Shown piece by piece: positions 49,166 to 61,737 of a DNA stretch of 64,000 nucleotides. The stretch spans positions 8,804,001 to 8,868,000 of the forward strand of contig NC_086097.1 in assembly GCF_963921235.1 (NCBI RefSeq), given 5' to 3'. How positions within the stretch are numbered: position 1 is the first letter of the stretch; every line of letters starts with the position of its first letter. Made by a program: the position numbers and the translations under genes. This DNA comes from Mobula hypostoma. Taxonomy: Eukaryota. Below the pieces are notes generated by a model. The model worked only from the letters and a program-made list of their open reading frames with translations. It ran no database searches and was not told where the DNA came from.

Positions 49166-50386
49166 AAAAATACTTTGAACTTTGGACTACGATTGGGATT
49201 GCTGGGTGGTATGGCTCAAAGGGCCAGAAGGGCCTATTCTATGCTGTATTACATAACAAATACTTTTGCTTTGAGTATGCCAAACATTTCGTATGCAATT
49301 TCATAAAGTTCTCATTAAATACATTACTGTGATCCTTTGGATGCTACAGTATTGAATGAAACAGAATGAATCACATTATCAATGGTGTGCAAAGAGTAAC
49401 AAGTTATCCTCCCATTGTACACAGTGCAGCTTTGGATATAACATTAAATACAATTAATAATTCTGACATACATACTGTTTCTCTTTCTTTTTCCTCCTAC
49501 TCGACAGTGGGTAGTCAAAATTGCCCAATGCAGCATCGGTACCAGGCTATCGGTCCTCAAAGACATGTATGCAGAAAGTTGCTAGAAAAAATGGACTGTT
49601 TGTGCCACACCCATTGGGAAGGAGGCTATGTCACATCCACACCAGGACCACCAGACTCAAAACCCGTTACGTTCCCCAAGTAGTAAGGCTGATCAGCACC
49701 TCCACCCACTAACCCAACACAACTTTATTATTTCCCATCAGTGACATTATGTATAGCCTAACATCACTTTATGGATATAAAAAAATCCATGTATTTAAGC
49801 CATCTTAATGCACTTATATTTATTGTGTTTTTTTAAATTATTGTGCTCTATCTTATTGTGTTTTATTTTGTGCTGCATCAAATCTGGAGTAACAATTGCT
49901 TCATTCTCCTTTACACTTGTTAACTGGAAATGACATTAAACTATCTGGAATCTTGAAAATCTTAAGATACATCTCTTTCACACCTCATCCAGACCTACTT
50001 TTACCATTAGATGCTTTTTCCAGTCTTTCTAATGGGGCTCCGTCATTACTTCATTCAAGGAATCACTCTTGCACTCCACGCTATCCAGCCATTCAATGAA
50101 TCCAAGTTTCTTTGCTTCATTCAGCACCTACAATTTGCATATTGAAACCTTGTTTTATCTCTAACTTTTCCCAGTTGTGATGATAGTTTATACCTGTAAA
50201 CCAATAACATTTATATCTTAGAATCTTTATATCTCAGAAGTATGCACAGATTGAAAACTGACAAACTTCGGTGTAGAGTATATTGACTGGTTGCATTGCA
50301 GCCTGGTATGGAAACACCATGCTCTTGAATAGAAATGCTTACAAAAAATAGTGGACACAGCCCAGTCCATCACAGGTAATGTGGTT

Positions 50387-51078
50387 TAAGATGGCAGCAA
50401 ACAAAACTACCAACTATTCTATTAATCACTCTTTTTCTAATCTACGGTAACTGCACTCAGTAGCCTGTGACTTCCCATTTGGAGTTGAGCTTTTGAACAG
50501 CCTGTATGACCTGGCATTTTTGCATGTGAATTGAAGACTCAAAGGTGCAGGAAGGTTGATGCATGGTGTGCACAGGCCAAATTAGCCAACGATTGGCCAT
50601 TGCTAGAGCAGACTTGGAGCTGGTTTGAAGCGACAGACTTAAGACAAGGTGGCAGAGCCCAGGTCAGAGGGTGAGGAATGAGCTAATATTTGGCCTATTT
50701 ACACTTGAGGCCAGATGGAAAAGGTCAGGATGTTGAGACCAGAGATGAAGGAAGGGCCAGTGTTCAGTTTACTGATTGGTGAGGTTTACTCATTCCTGCG
50801 CTGAACTGAGGCTCTGGCCTGCAACTAACAGGCTCCTGGCCCAGCTACAGTGCTGACTGGCTTTCATGGCTGTGGACTCACCTTCTTGATCTGTAGTTCT
50901 GAATGTTATTTTCTTACTTTTGTTGTTTGCACAATCTGTTTTTTTTTCTGCACATTGGGTGTTTGACAGTTTTTTTAAAAATAGGTTCTGTTGGGTTTCT
51001 CTGTTTCCTGGCTGCCTGTTAGGAGACAAATCTCAAGTTTGCATATCACATACAAAATAAGTGTCCCTTGAACTTTGG
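50387..51078 (+). mobile_element. Non-autonomous element with AAGATGGC head and Rex1-like tail
   Basis: No RT homology seen; ends ACAAATCTCAAG..CTTGAACTTTG like the Rex1-type tails. Confidence 0.5.
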
Positions 51079-53064
51079 AGTTTATACAATGTTCAAAGTT
51101 TGAAATAAAATTTAGCATCAGAGTACATACATAGAACCACATAAAACCCTGAGATTCTTTTTTCTGTGGACACACTTAGCAATCTATTGAACATTAACCG
51201 TAAACATCAGGAGATATAAATAGCAATAAATAATGAGCGTGAAGTAACAATATAACAGAGTCCTTAAATGAGTGTACCTATCTCCTTTCGTACCTTGTAC
51301 TTTGTAGGTAAGTCCTCCCCACCATTGAGTGCATTTACAAGGAGCACTGTCACAGGAAGGTGGCATCCAACATCAAGGACCTGCACCCCCCAGGCCACAC
51401 TTGCTTCTCACTGCTGCCATCAGGAAGGAGGTACAGTAGCCTCAGGCCTCACACCACCAGGTTCAGCAACAGTTATTAGCCCCCAGCCATAAGGCTCTTG
51501 AACCAAAGGGAATAACTTCAAACACCCAACACTGAACTGAACTGATTCTACAATCTCTGAACTCACTCTTACAGACTCTACAACTAGTGTTCTTGATATT
51601 TGTTGCTTTTTAATTTTTTTTCCTCCTACTGTATTTGCACTGTTTGTTGTCTTTAGCGTATTGGCTGCTTGTCCGTCTCTGTCGTGTGAGGCTTCTCATT
51701 GATTCTATTGTGTTTCTTTGTCTCTACCCTGAAAGCCCGTAAGAAAATGAATCTCAGGGTGACATATACATTATTTGATAATAAATTTACTTTGAGCTCT
51801 GAACTCTCTTCACTGATGCTGCCTGGCCTGTTTGGTATCTCCATCAATTACAGTTGCTAAATTCCGATATCAGCATTATTTTGCTTAAAGCCCACGTTAA
51901 AATTGTGTGGTTATGTTAATGAACTTATCTATGAGCTGCAACTTGTGCCCTAAAGTATCAGCAGACTTAACAAATGTCTGAAATTCCTTTAATCTTTTAA
52001 TAGGAGAGTTAGTCTGCTTATCTGTTGTTGTATTGAGGGGATTTCAAGCAGATAAATTCTCAATTTGTAGAGTGTATGCTTGCCCCATTATGTTTTTGGT
52101 AAAATATAAAGACTTAAATAAATTACCTATTGCATCATCTTCCTATTGAAGCTATTATTTTGCACAAATAATTAACTAAAACTGGAATATAATTTGTCAG
52201 CTCATTTGAACTGATTGCTTTGAAGTCAGCAAAATGTGCCATCAATTGCACACGGTTCGGTGCAGATTAAAAGCAATGAACTCTGATCAAAATATCAAGG
52301 GGAATAGTGCTGTGGTCTTGAGAGATTTTTCACTTTAAGTTAGACCAGGATGATTGTTCAAAATGAATTGATAAACCTGTTTGATTGGAAGCAGTTTTTA
52401 AATTAAATCCCAGAGCAGCTTGCTTTTTCAATCATGAAAAGACATATTTTACTTTGAAGGGGAAATAAAAGATTTAGGTTTAACCAAATATTAATCAGCA
52501 AACCATCAAGAATTAAATAGCAGAGGATTTAACAGGGCCCCAAACCAATCTGAACTCATTGGGAAGCACTGAAGCAACTCAGAAAAAGGTATAAATGTTT
52601 AATGATCTGTGGAGAAGACTGAACACTACACCAAGATTTAAAAAAAAATTGGGTTGAAGTTGAATCACAATTGTTAATTTTGGTGTCATCTGTAAAGAGT
52701 TTGTGCATTCTCCCCATGAACAACATGTTTTTTCTTCAGGTGCTCCATTTTCCTCCTACATTCCAAAGAAGTACAGCTTCATCGGTTAATTAGTTGTTGT
52801 GAGATGTCCCGTGATTAGGCCTGGGTTCAGTAGGAAGGTTGCTGGGTGAAGGTTGTAGGGTCTACCCATGCTGAATCTCTAAATAAATACTGAAGGAATT
52901 CATTTGGTCCCTTGAGTCCCCATTGTTAAGTCATAGAGATGAATACAAGAACTTCTTAAAGTTCAAGTTCAAATTTACTGTCATTCAACTATACACGTAT
53001 ACAGCTAGGACCAAAGTGCAAAAGCACAGTGCATATATCACATACAACATATAAAATATTATTA

Positions 53065-53372
53065 AAGGCATCTGTTAGTCTTGCGAGACCATGGATCTGC
53101 GCCTGGAAAGTCTTCACTCTCCAGGGCACAGGCCTGGACAAGGTTGTATGGAAGACCAGCAGTTGCCCATGCTGCAAGTCTCCCCTCTCCACGACACCAA
53201 TGTTGTCCGAGGGAAGGACATTAGGACCCATACAGCTTGGCACCAGTGTCGTCCCAGAGCAATGTGTGGTTAAGTGCCTTGCTCAAGGACACAACACGTT
53301 CCCTTGGCTGCGGCTCAAACTCACGACCTTCAGGTAGCTAGTCCAATGCCTTAACCACTTGGCCACGTGCCC
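53065..53372 (-). mobile_element. tRNA-derived SINE, nested in a Rex1-type fragment (about 52958-53750)
   Basis: Same family as 36053-36346; A and B boxes on the reverse strand. Confidence 0.85.
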
Positions 53373-54443
53373 ACACAATAAGCACAATAATATAAACAGA
53401 CATAAAGTATTCTGTTGGTGCTCAAGTTGACATAAAGTGCATATAAAGCATATAATATGCAACTGCATACTGCTACTGGTGCTGCCATAAATAATGTGTA
53501 CTGGGTGGTAGCAGGGTGTTCAGAAGTCACTGCCTGGGGGAAGAAGCTGTTACTCAGCCCAACAGTCCTTGTTCTTAGACTACAGTACCTTCTGCTCGAT
53601 GGTAGGAGGTCAAATAGCTTGAGGGACAGAAGGGAAGGGAACTTGACAATGCTGAGGGTTCTGTGAGCAATTACGCTTCAGTTATATGTCCTAGATGGGG
53701 GTTAGGAGAGAGACTCCAATGATTTTCTCAGCAGTCCTCACAATCCATTGCAGACATAAATGAAATGTTGGCATTTATTCGCAAACCAATTCAAAATTCT
53801 GAAAATAAACATTGATTGCTGATTCAGGCCAGGAAACAGTCCATTATTTGAATATGCTTGATGGCACATTGTGCTTGATAGCAGTGTCTGCAAGCGATGG
53901 ATTTGTAGATTTATTCTGTTCAGGGCATCCATATTGCCATTTAGAACTATTATCAAACTTCCACCCGTAAATGAAACAATATTACAAACCATCTTTTCCT
54001 TGTATTTTATTTCAGTGGGCTGCAGTTTGAAGCTTGAGAACATTGTTAAATGTCTTTTGCTGCAGTGACTTGCATGAGAATAATAATAATTTTCAATCTG
54101 TCAGTTACACTAGAGTGAAGACTAGAAGATGACACCAGATCACAAAAACTGAATATAACCATATGTCCTGCTTATATAAAATCTCCCAAAATGTTATTTG
54201 TTAAATTAGAGATTCTTATGAAATTGTAAGACATTGCAAAATTAATTGTTTTTAAAGAACCGTTTTGTTCTAGGAAGCAGGACAGATTTTTATAGAGGTG
54301 CAGCTATTCCAGCCACTTGAAAGACAACAGCTTTAAATAAATTGATGCTTTTGAATTTATTGTTTTACTGCATTATGCTATCACTTTAATGTCACATCAC
54401 TGGCAAGTATTGGATTTTAGCTTTTCCTATCCTTCATTTGCAG

Positions 54444-54527
54444 GTTAAAGGCATCTTTGGCAGAACTTAGAGCAACAAACAATTCTCAGGAGGAACTCAA
54501 GAATCAAGCAGAACTGTGGGAGGAGAG
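54444..54527 (+). CDS. 84-bp coding exon of an unidentified coiled-coil protein gene
   Basis: Acceptor cttttcctatccttcatttgcag, donor GAG|gtacta; phase 2-2; reads R-LKASLAELRATNNSQEELKNQAELWEE-R. Confidence 0.7.
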
Positions 54528-54549
54528 GTACTATTGATATTACTTGTTG

Positions 54550-54668
54550 AAATCCTGATGCAAGGTTTCAACTGAAACACAAACAGTTTCTTCCCTCCCA
54601 CAGATGCTGCTCAGCTTGTAGAGTTCCTTCAGCAGATTGTTCGCTTCTCCAGAATCCAGCATCCACAT
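54550..54668 (+). mobile_element. Degenerate Penelope pLTR fragment
   Basis: CCTGATGCAAGGTTTCAACTGAAAC..CAGATGCTGC..CCAGCATC. Confidence 0.55.
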
Positions 54669-56349
54669 TTCCCATCTATTGGTATGTTCCTACAACCAGC
54701 GATCTCACTTTAAGGGCTCATTATCTCATGTTCTCATTATGTATTGATGTTTATTTATACTTACGTTTGCACAGATTGTTGTCTTTTGCTTTCTGGTTGA
54801 TCTTTCATTGATCCTGTTAAAGTTACTTTTCTATGGATATGCTGTGTATACCCAGACGAAAAATGAATCTCAGGATTAATATGATGATATATATGTACCT
54901 TAGTAATAAAATTTACTTTGAACTTTCACCTACTTTCAATTATCCTTGTACTCATAGGGAAAACAGGCATCCGTTCCTCAAAATTGCATTTCTTCATCCA
55001 AATGGTCAAATACTCTTCATCGCATGTTCTTGATGTTTACTGCTTTTTTTTATCATCTCAAAGTGGTAAAAGCTGAGATACTGGCATATCCAAGCACACT
55101 CATTTCTTAATTGCTAGGAACTTTTGGACTATCCTAGTGGTGTTTAGTATTGTGGTTTTCTAGAGATTTACGTAGACATTGCTGTGTAGGCCTAAATGTT
55201 TAATGCTATTGTGTTGTGACATTGGGATGATGACAGTTGTAGATATTACCATTGGGACAGTGTATGCCCTGTTCATTTTCCATAGTCTGTCAATTTCCTC
55301 TTTTAATTCAGCATATTCCTGGTGATTTTCACTTATTGATTTCTGTATGTTATGTATATTATTGTTATTTCCTTGTTCTCTCTTTCTGCATTTGCATAGT
55401 TAGTTGTCTTTTGCACTCTGGCTTTTTGTCCATCCTGTTGAGGGCAGCTCTTCATTAATTCTATTGTGTTTCTTGTATTTAGTGCGATTGCCCACAAGAA
55501 AATGAATCTCAGGGTTGTATATGGTGACATGTACATACTTAGATAATAAATTTACTTTGAACTTCGATAAGGATCTTGATGAAGCAAAGCAGGGTGCTGT
55601 ATCTGAAGGTCATATGAAGCCGGACAAGTTGAGAAAATAGCCTGGTGCTGTACTGTTGAGTTAACTCATCCCATGTGGCTTTGTCATTGATTTGACACAG
55701 AACACAGGGTCTGTACAGTGATGTACCGACCTTCAGCATGCAATGTTGTAACAACAGTTTAACCTACCCTAAGACCAGTCTAAATTTACCCTCCCACATA
55801 GCTCTCCATCCATGTGCTTAAGAATTTCTGTCATCCAAGTATTTTTTAAATGACCCAAATGTATCTGCCTCTATCACCACTCCTGGCAGGGGATTTTATG
55901 CACCTACCACTCTCTTTAAAATATTACATCTGACATACCTCCTATCATTTCTTCTAATTGCCTTATAATTATGCCCCTTGCTCACTCAACACAACTTCAT
56001 AAAACATGCTCTAAGACCATAAGATATAGGAGCAGAATTAGGCCATTTAGCCCTTTGACTCTGCTCTGCCATTTCATCACAGCTGATCCAATTTTCCTCT
56101 CAGCCCCAATCCCCTACCTTCTCCCCATATTCCTTCATGCCCTGATCAGTAAAGCAGCTATCAGCTTCTGCCCTCAATATACACAAAGGCTTGGCTGCCC
56201 ATGGCAAAGAATTCCACAGATTCACTCTTAGTCCAGGCAGCATCCTGGTAAACCTCCACTAGAGCTTCCAGGTCAATATAATTCAAACCTTGGAATAGCA
56301 ATAACAAATACTCTTAAAAATTAACATTCATTATTTGGGGAGTTGAATT

Positions 56350-58108
56350 GATTATGGGGAGCAAGGACATGGCAGACCAATTGAATAATTACTTTGGTTC
56401 TGTCTTCACTAAGGAGGACATAAATAATCTTCCAGAAATAGTAAGGGACAGAGGGTCCAGTGAGATGGAGGAACTGAGTGAAATATATGTTAGTAGGGAA
56501 GTGATGTTAGGTAAATTGAAGGGATTGAAGGCAGATAAACCCCAGGGCCAGATGGTCTGCATCCTAGAGTGCTTAAAGAAGTAGCCCAAGAAATAGTGGA
56601 TGCATTAGTGATAATTTTTCAAAACTCGTTAGATTCTGGACTAGTTCCTGAGGATTGGAGGGTGGCTAATGTAACCCCACTTTTTAAAAAAGGAGGGAGA
56701 GAAACCGGGGAATTATAGACCGGTTAGCCTAACGTCAGTGGTGGGGAAACTGCTGGAGTCAGTTATCAGGGATGTGATAACAGCACATTTGGAAAGTGGT
56801 GAAATGATCGGACAAAGTCAGCATGGATTTGTGAAAGGAAAATCATGTCTGACGAATCTCATAGAATTTTTTGAGGATGTAACTGGTAGAGTGGATAGGG
56901 GAGAACCAGTGGATGTGGTATATTTGGATTTTCAAAAGGCTTTTGACAAGGTCCCACACAGGAGATTAGTGTGCAAACTTAAAGCACACGGTATTGGGGG
57001 TAAGGTATTGGTGTGGGTGGAGAATTGGTTAGCAGACAGGAAGCAAAGAGTGGGAATAAACGGGACCTTTTCAGAATGGCAGGCGGTGACTAGTGGGATA
57101 CCGCAAGGCTCAGTGCTGGGACCCCAGTTGTTTACAATATATATTAATGACTTGGATGAGGGAATTAAATGCAGCATCTCCAAGTTTGCGGATGACACGA
57201 AGCTGGGTGGCAGTGTTAGCAGTGAGGAGGATGCTAAGAGGATGCAGGGTGACTTGGATAGGTTGGGTGAGTGGGCAAATTCATGGCAGATGCAATTTAA
57301 TGTGGATAAATGTGAAGTTATCCACTTTGGTGGCAAAAATAGGAAAACAGATTATTATCTGAATGGTGGCCGATTAGGAAAAGGGGAGGTGCAACGAGAC
57401 CTGGGTGTCATTATACACCAGTCATTGAAAGTGGGCATGCAGGTACAGCAGGCGGTGAAAAAGGCGAACGGTATGCTGGCATTTATAGCGAGAGGATTCG
57501 AGTACAGGAGCAGGGAGGTACTACTGCAGTTGTACAAGGCCTTGGTGAGACCACACCTGGAGTATTGTGTGCAGTTTTGGTCCCCTAATCTGAGGAAAGA
57601 CATCTTTGCCATAGAGGGAGTACAAAGAAGGTTCACCAGATTGATTCCTGGGATGGCAGGACTTTCATATGAAGAAAGACTGGATGAATTGGGCTTGTAC
57701 TCGTTGGAATTTAGAAGATTGAGGGGGGATCTGATTGAAACGTATAAGATCCTAAAGGGATTGGACAGGCTAGATGCAGGAAGATTGTTCCCGATGTTGG
57801 GGAAGTCCAGAACGAGGGGTCACAGTTTGAGGATAAGGGGGAATCCTTTTAGGACTGAGATTAGGAAAAACTTCTTCACACAGAGAGTGGTGAATCTGTG
57901 GAATTCTCTGCCACAGGAAACAGTTGAGGCCAGTTCATTGGCTATATTTAAGAGGGAGTTAGATATGGCCCTTTTGGCTACGGGGGTCAGGGGGTATGGA
58001 GGGAAGGCTGGGGCAGGGTTCTGAGTTGGATGATCAGCCATGATCATAATAAATGGCGGTGCAGGCTCGAAGGGCCGAATGGCCTACTCCTGCACCTATT
58101 TTTCTATG
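56350..58108 (+). mobile_element. Young 5'-truncated CR1 LINE
   Basis: ORF 56738-58024; small frameshifts upstream; CR1 3' UTR. Confidence 0.93.
56738..58024 (+). CDS. CR1 ORF2 RT domain (partial, uninterrupted 428 aa)
   Basis: QHGF, DFQKAFDKVPH, PQGSVLGP, FADDTK, LEYCVQFWSP. Confidence 0.85.
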   Translation: MVGKLLESVIRDVITAHLESGEMIGQSQHGFVKGKSCLTNLIEFFEDVTGRVDRGEPVDVVYLDFQKAFDKVPHRRLVCKLKAHGIGGKVLVWVENWLADRKQRVGINGTFSEWQAVTSGIPQGSVLGPQLFTIYINDLDEGIKCSISKFADDTKLGGSVSSEEDAKRMQGDLDRLGEWANSWQMQFNVDKCEVIHFGGKNRKTDYYLNGGRLGKGEVQRDLGVIIHQSLKVGMQVQQAVKKANGMLAFIARGFEYRSREVLLQLYKALVRPHLEYCVQFWSPNLRKDIFAIEGVQRRFTRLIPGMAGLSYEERLDELGLYSLEFRRLRGDLIETYKILKGLDRLDAGRLFPMLGKSRTRGHSLRIRGNPFRTEIRKNFFTQRVVNLWNSLPQETVEASSLAIFKRELDMALLATGVRGYGGKAGAGF

Positions 58109-59339
58109 TAACTGATATTTAGTAATAGTTCACCATTGTTCATTTGTTATGTGCCATGTCGTATAACATGGGCAATCATGGTCTCCATGACCATGATTGT
58201 TCTGGGCAAATTCTTTACAAAAGTGGCTTGCCATGGCCTTCTTCTGGGCAGTGTCCAGTTCACCAGTCAACTTTAAACCAAATTACTTGTCCAGATTTCA
58301 TTCGTGACTGAAATCTCCATTATACCTCTCATATGTCTGTCTATCGCTGAGGTCCACATCCAAATGATCCAACTTCCACTCCTATCAGCATGCAGACTGA
58401 CTGGGGAATGAAATCACCTTCCATTCCATTCACTTGCACCTTAACCACTGAAATAAAATGTACTGGTACAATGAAAGTGATTTGGAGTTTCATTTTTCTA
58501 AGCTCCATGGTAATTAAGTGCTGAAGATCCTCCACCTAATCACCAACAAAATGAGAGATTGGTATGGTAAGACAAAAGGTTTATATGTTTTGAGAGGTCT
58601 TACTTGATTAATGACTTTAAATGACAATGCAGATATTACAAAATAATTGATAAAATAACCCCAGCTTCCAAATTCTTTTAACTGCCTTCAGAAAAGGACA
58701 ATTGTACTGCCCTCACTGTCAACTGGACAGTCACCAAACACCATTCAAAAATGGCATGGGAGTCATGGTATAGCCTCCTAGCTCCTTGGGTTTGACATGA
58801 CATAACATAGTGAGTATGGAGTGAAACTGAATGACAACAAAATACAGTGCAATTACTGCATTACTCCATTCACTCAAGTAAATATACACAGGTAAGTAAG
58901 AACTTGATGAGGTTTCCTCCAGGTAAATATCATAGCATTCCAACAAGTAAATATGACAGGCAAATAGTCTTGTGTCAACCATTAGCCTCTAGGTTAGTGT
59001 CTCATAAACTCAAAAATAATGTTCTCTTTCACCAAAATGTTACTGATACCTTTAGATTAACTTCTAAACAATATAACATCAACTTACAAGCAAATGTCTG
59101 CTAGGGAAACAACAAGGTGACTTCATATAGAAACTTCTTTTGCTCATAACATAAAACTCCAGCCTTCTGCCAGCCAGTGTACTTCTACTTCCTGGCTGCA
59201 CAGGAAGTGACCTAATACAGATCTGAAACTGCACATTAAAATAAAGCTGAATGTGCTTAATCAAATAGAAAAACATAAATGAATTACCCGAAGAGTATAC
59301 ACTCCAAATATTAGAAGGCTCATTTTTCCATAATGAGGA

Positions 59340-59592
59340 CTGGAACTGGAGGTCATGGGTTTAGAGTAAAAGGTAAAATGTTAATGGAGCATGAAGTGAA
59401 ACTTCTTCACTCAGAGGGTGGTGAGAGGGTGGGACAAGCTGGCAGCAGAAGTGGTGGATTTGGGTTCAATTTCAACCTTTAAGAGAAATTTGGATAGGTA
59501 CATGGAGAAGAGGGGTATGGAGGACTATAATCTGGTTGCAAACCAAAGGGAATAAGTAGATTAATTGAACAGCATAAACTAGTTGGGCTGAA
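59340..59592 (+). mobile_element. CR1 3' fragment
   Basis: GGHGFRVKG..NFFTQRVVRGWDKL. Confidence 0.7.
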
Positions 59593-59594
59593 AT

Positions 59595-61720
59595 TGAATT
59601 GAATTTGAATTGACTTTATTTCTTACATCCTTCACATACATGAGGAGTAAAAATCTTTACATTATATCTCCATCTAAATGTGCACTGTGTGATCATAGTA
59701 ATTTATAATAAATAGAACAGTCAATGTAATATAGAGTACACTAAAATCAGCATGAGTTCATCAGTCTGATGACCTGGTGGAAGGAGCTCTCCCAGAGCCT
59801 GTTGGTCCTGGTTTTTATGCTGCGGTACAGCTTCCCAGATGGTAGCAGCTGGAATAGATTGTAGTTGGGTTGGCTTGGGTCCCCAATGATCCTACAGGCC
59901 ATTTTTACTCACCTGTCCTTGTAAATGTCCTGAATCATGGGAAGTTCACATCTACAGATGCGCTGGGTTGTCCGCATCACTCTCTGCAGAATCATGCGAT
60001 TAAGGGAGGTACAGTTCCCATACCAGGCAGTGATGCAGCCAGTCAGGATGCTCTCAATTGTGCCCCTGTAGAAAGTTCTTAGGATCCGGGGGGCCCATAC
60101 CAAACTTCCTAAACTGTGTGAGGTGAAAGAAACGCTGTTGTGACTTTTTCACCACACAGCTGATGTGTACAGACCACATGAAGTCCTCGGTGATGTGGAT
60201 GCTGAGGAACTTAAAGCTGTTTACCCTCTCAGCCCCAGATCCACAGATGTCAGTAGGGGTTAGCGTGTTTCCATTCCTCCTGTGATCCTCAACCAGCTCC
60301 TTTGTTTTTGCGACATTGAGGGAGAAGTTGTTTTCTTGACAGCACTGCGTTAGAGAGATGACTTCCCTGTAGGCCACCTCATTATTAGAAACATCAGTCA
60401 GTCATGGCTTGGCTTCGCCAACGAAGTATTAGGAAGGGGGCTGCCCACGTCTTCTGCGGGGAGGATGGTCATAGACGTGGGCGTGTCCTTCGGTCTGCGC
60501 AATGGTATTTTAGGTGGAGTGCAGTGTGCGCGGTACTGGCCCGCCCTTTACACCAGGGGTTCATCTGCCATAGGCTAGCAAGCTGGGACGGTGACAGCGA
60601 GGTCCTTGGGTCGTAGGAGTTACGTTGGAGTGTCCTTCTCTTAGGCTGGCTGCCAATCAAGGCTCACAAGCTCAGCCTACTCATTAGAAACATAGAAACA
60701 TAGAAAACCTACAGCACAATTCACGCCCTTTGGCCCACAATGCTGTGCTGAACATGTTCTCACCTTAGAAATTACCTAAGGTTACCCATAGCTTCTACTT
60801 TTCTGAGCTCCATGTACCTGTCTGGGAGTCTCTTAAAAGACCCTATCATATCCACCTCCACCACCGTCGCCAGAAGCCCATTCCACGCACTCACCACTCT
60901 CTGTGTAAAAAACGTACCCCTGACATCTCCTCTGTACCTGCTTCCAAGCACCTTAAAACTGTGCCCTCTCATACTAGCCATTTCAGCCTTGGGGCAAAGC
61001 CTCTGTCTATCCATACGATCAATGCCTCTCATCATCTTATACACCTCTATCAGATCACCTCTCATCCTCCATTGCTCTAAGAAAAAAAGATCAAGTTCAC
61101 TCAAACTATTCTCCTTAGGCATGCTCCTCAATCCAGGCAACATCCTTGCACTCTTTCTATGGTTTCCACCTCCTACCTATGGTGAGACGACCAGAACTGA
61201 GCGCAATACTCCAAGTAGGGTCTTACTAAGGTCCTATATATTGTTTGAGATAAGGCCAATCAATGTAGCGTCATTGGCAAATTTAATCAGCAGATTGGAG
61301 CTGTGGGTGGCGATACAGTCATGGGTATACAGGGAGTAAAGGAGGGGGCTCAGTACGGAGCCCTGAGGGGCTCCTGTATTGAGAGTCAGAGGGTTGGAGG
61401 TGAAGGAGCCCACTCTTCCTTCCTGCTGGCGATCTGACAAGAAGTCCAGGTTCCAGGTGCACAAGGCATGGTTAAGGCCAAGGTCTCTGAGCTTCTTGTC
61501 GAGCCTGGATGGAACTATGGTTTTGAATGCTGAACTGTAGTCCAAGAAGAGCATTCTCACATAAGCAACCATCTTCTCCAGATGTATAAGGACAAGTATG
61601 TAGAGCAATGGCTATTGCACCATCTGTCAATCGGGTATGTCAGTAGGTGAATTGTATGGGGTCCAGTGTGGGTAGTAGCAAGCTGCAAATGTAATCCTTG
61701 ACCAGCCTCTCAAAGCATTG
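59595..61720 (-). mobile_element. Rex1-type LINE with nested CR1 (60384-61240) and RTE-type SINE
   Basis: ORFs 61234-61608 (LDYSSAF, GAPQGSVLSPLL), 60054-60377 and 59909-60103; CR1 ORF 60772-61143. Confidence 0.85.
60395..60682 (-). mobile_element. Short RTE-related non-autonomous retroposon
   Basis: 11-bp TSD ATTAGAAACAT at 60384-60394 and 60683-60693; (TGAC)n tail; CpG-rich. Confidence 0.7.
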
Positions 61721-61737
61721 TTTCTGTTCTGTTCTCA

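Noticed and set aside
53295..53372. tRNA gene
   Set aside because: It is the tRNA-like head of a multi-copy SINE, followed by core and tail
54444..54527. Gene symbol for the coiled-coil exon
   Set aside because: The peptide did not match any protein I could recall with confidence
58880..58930. Donor-like CAG|GTAAGT sites
   Set aside because: No upstream acceptor with a convincing phase-compatible open frame was found
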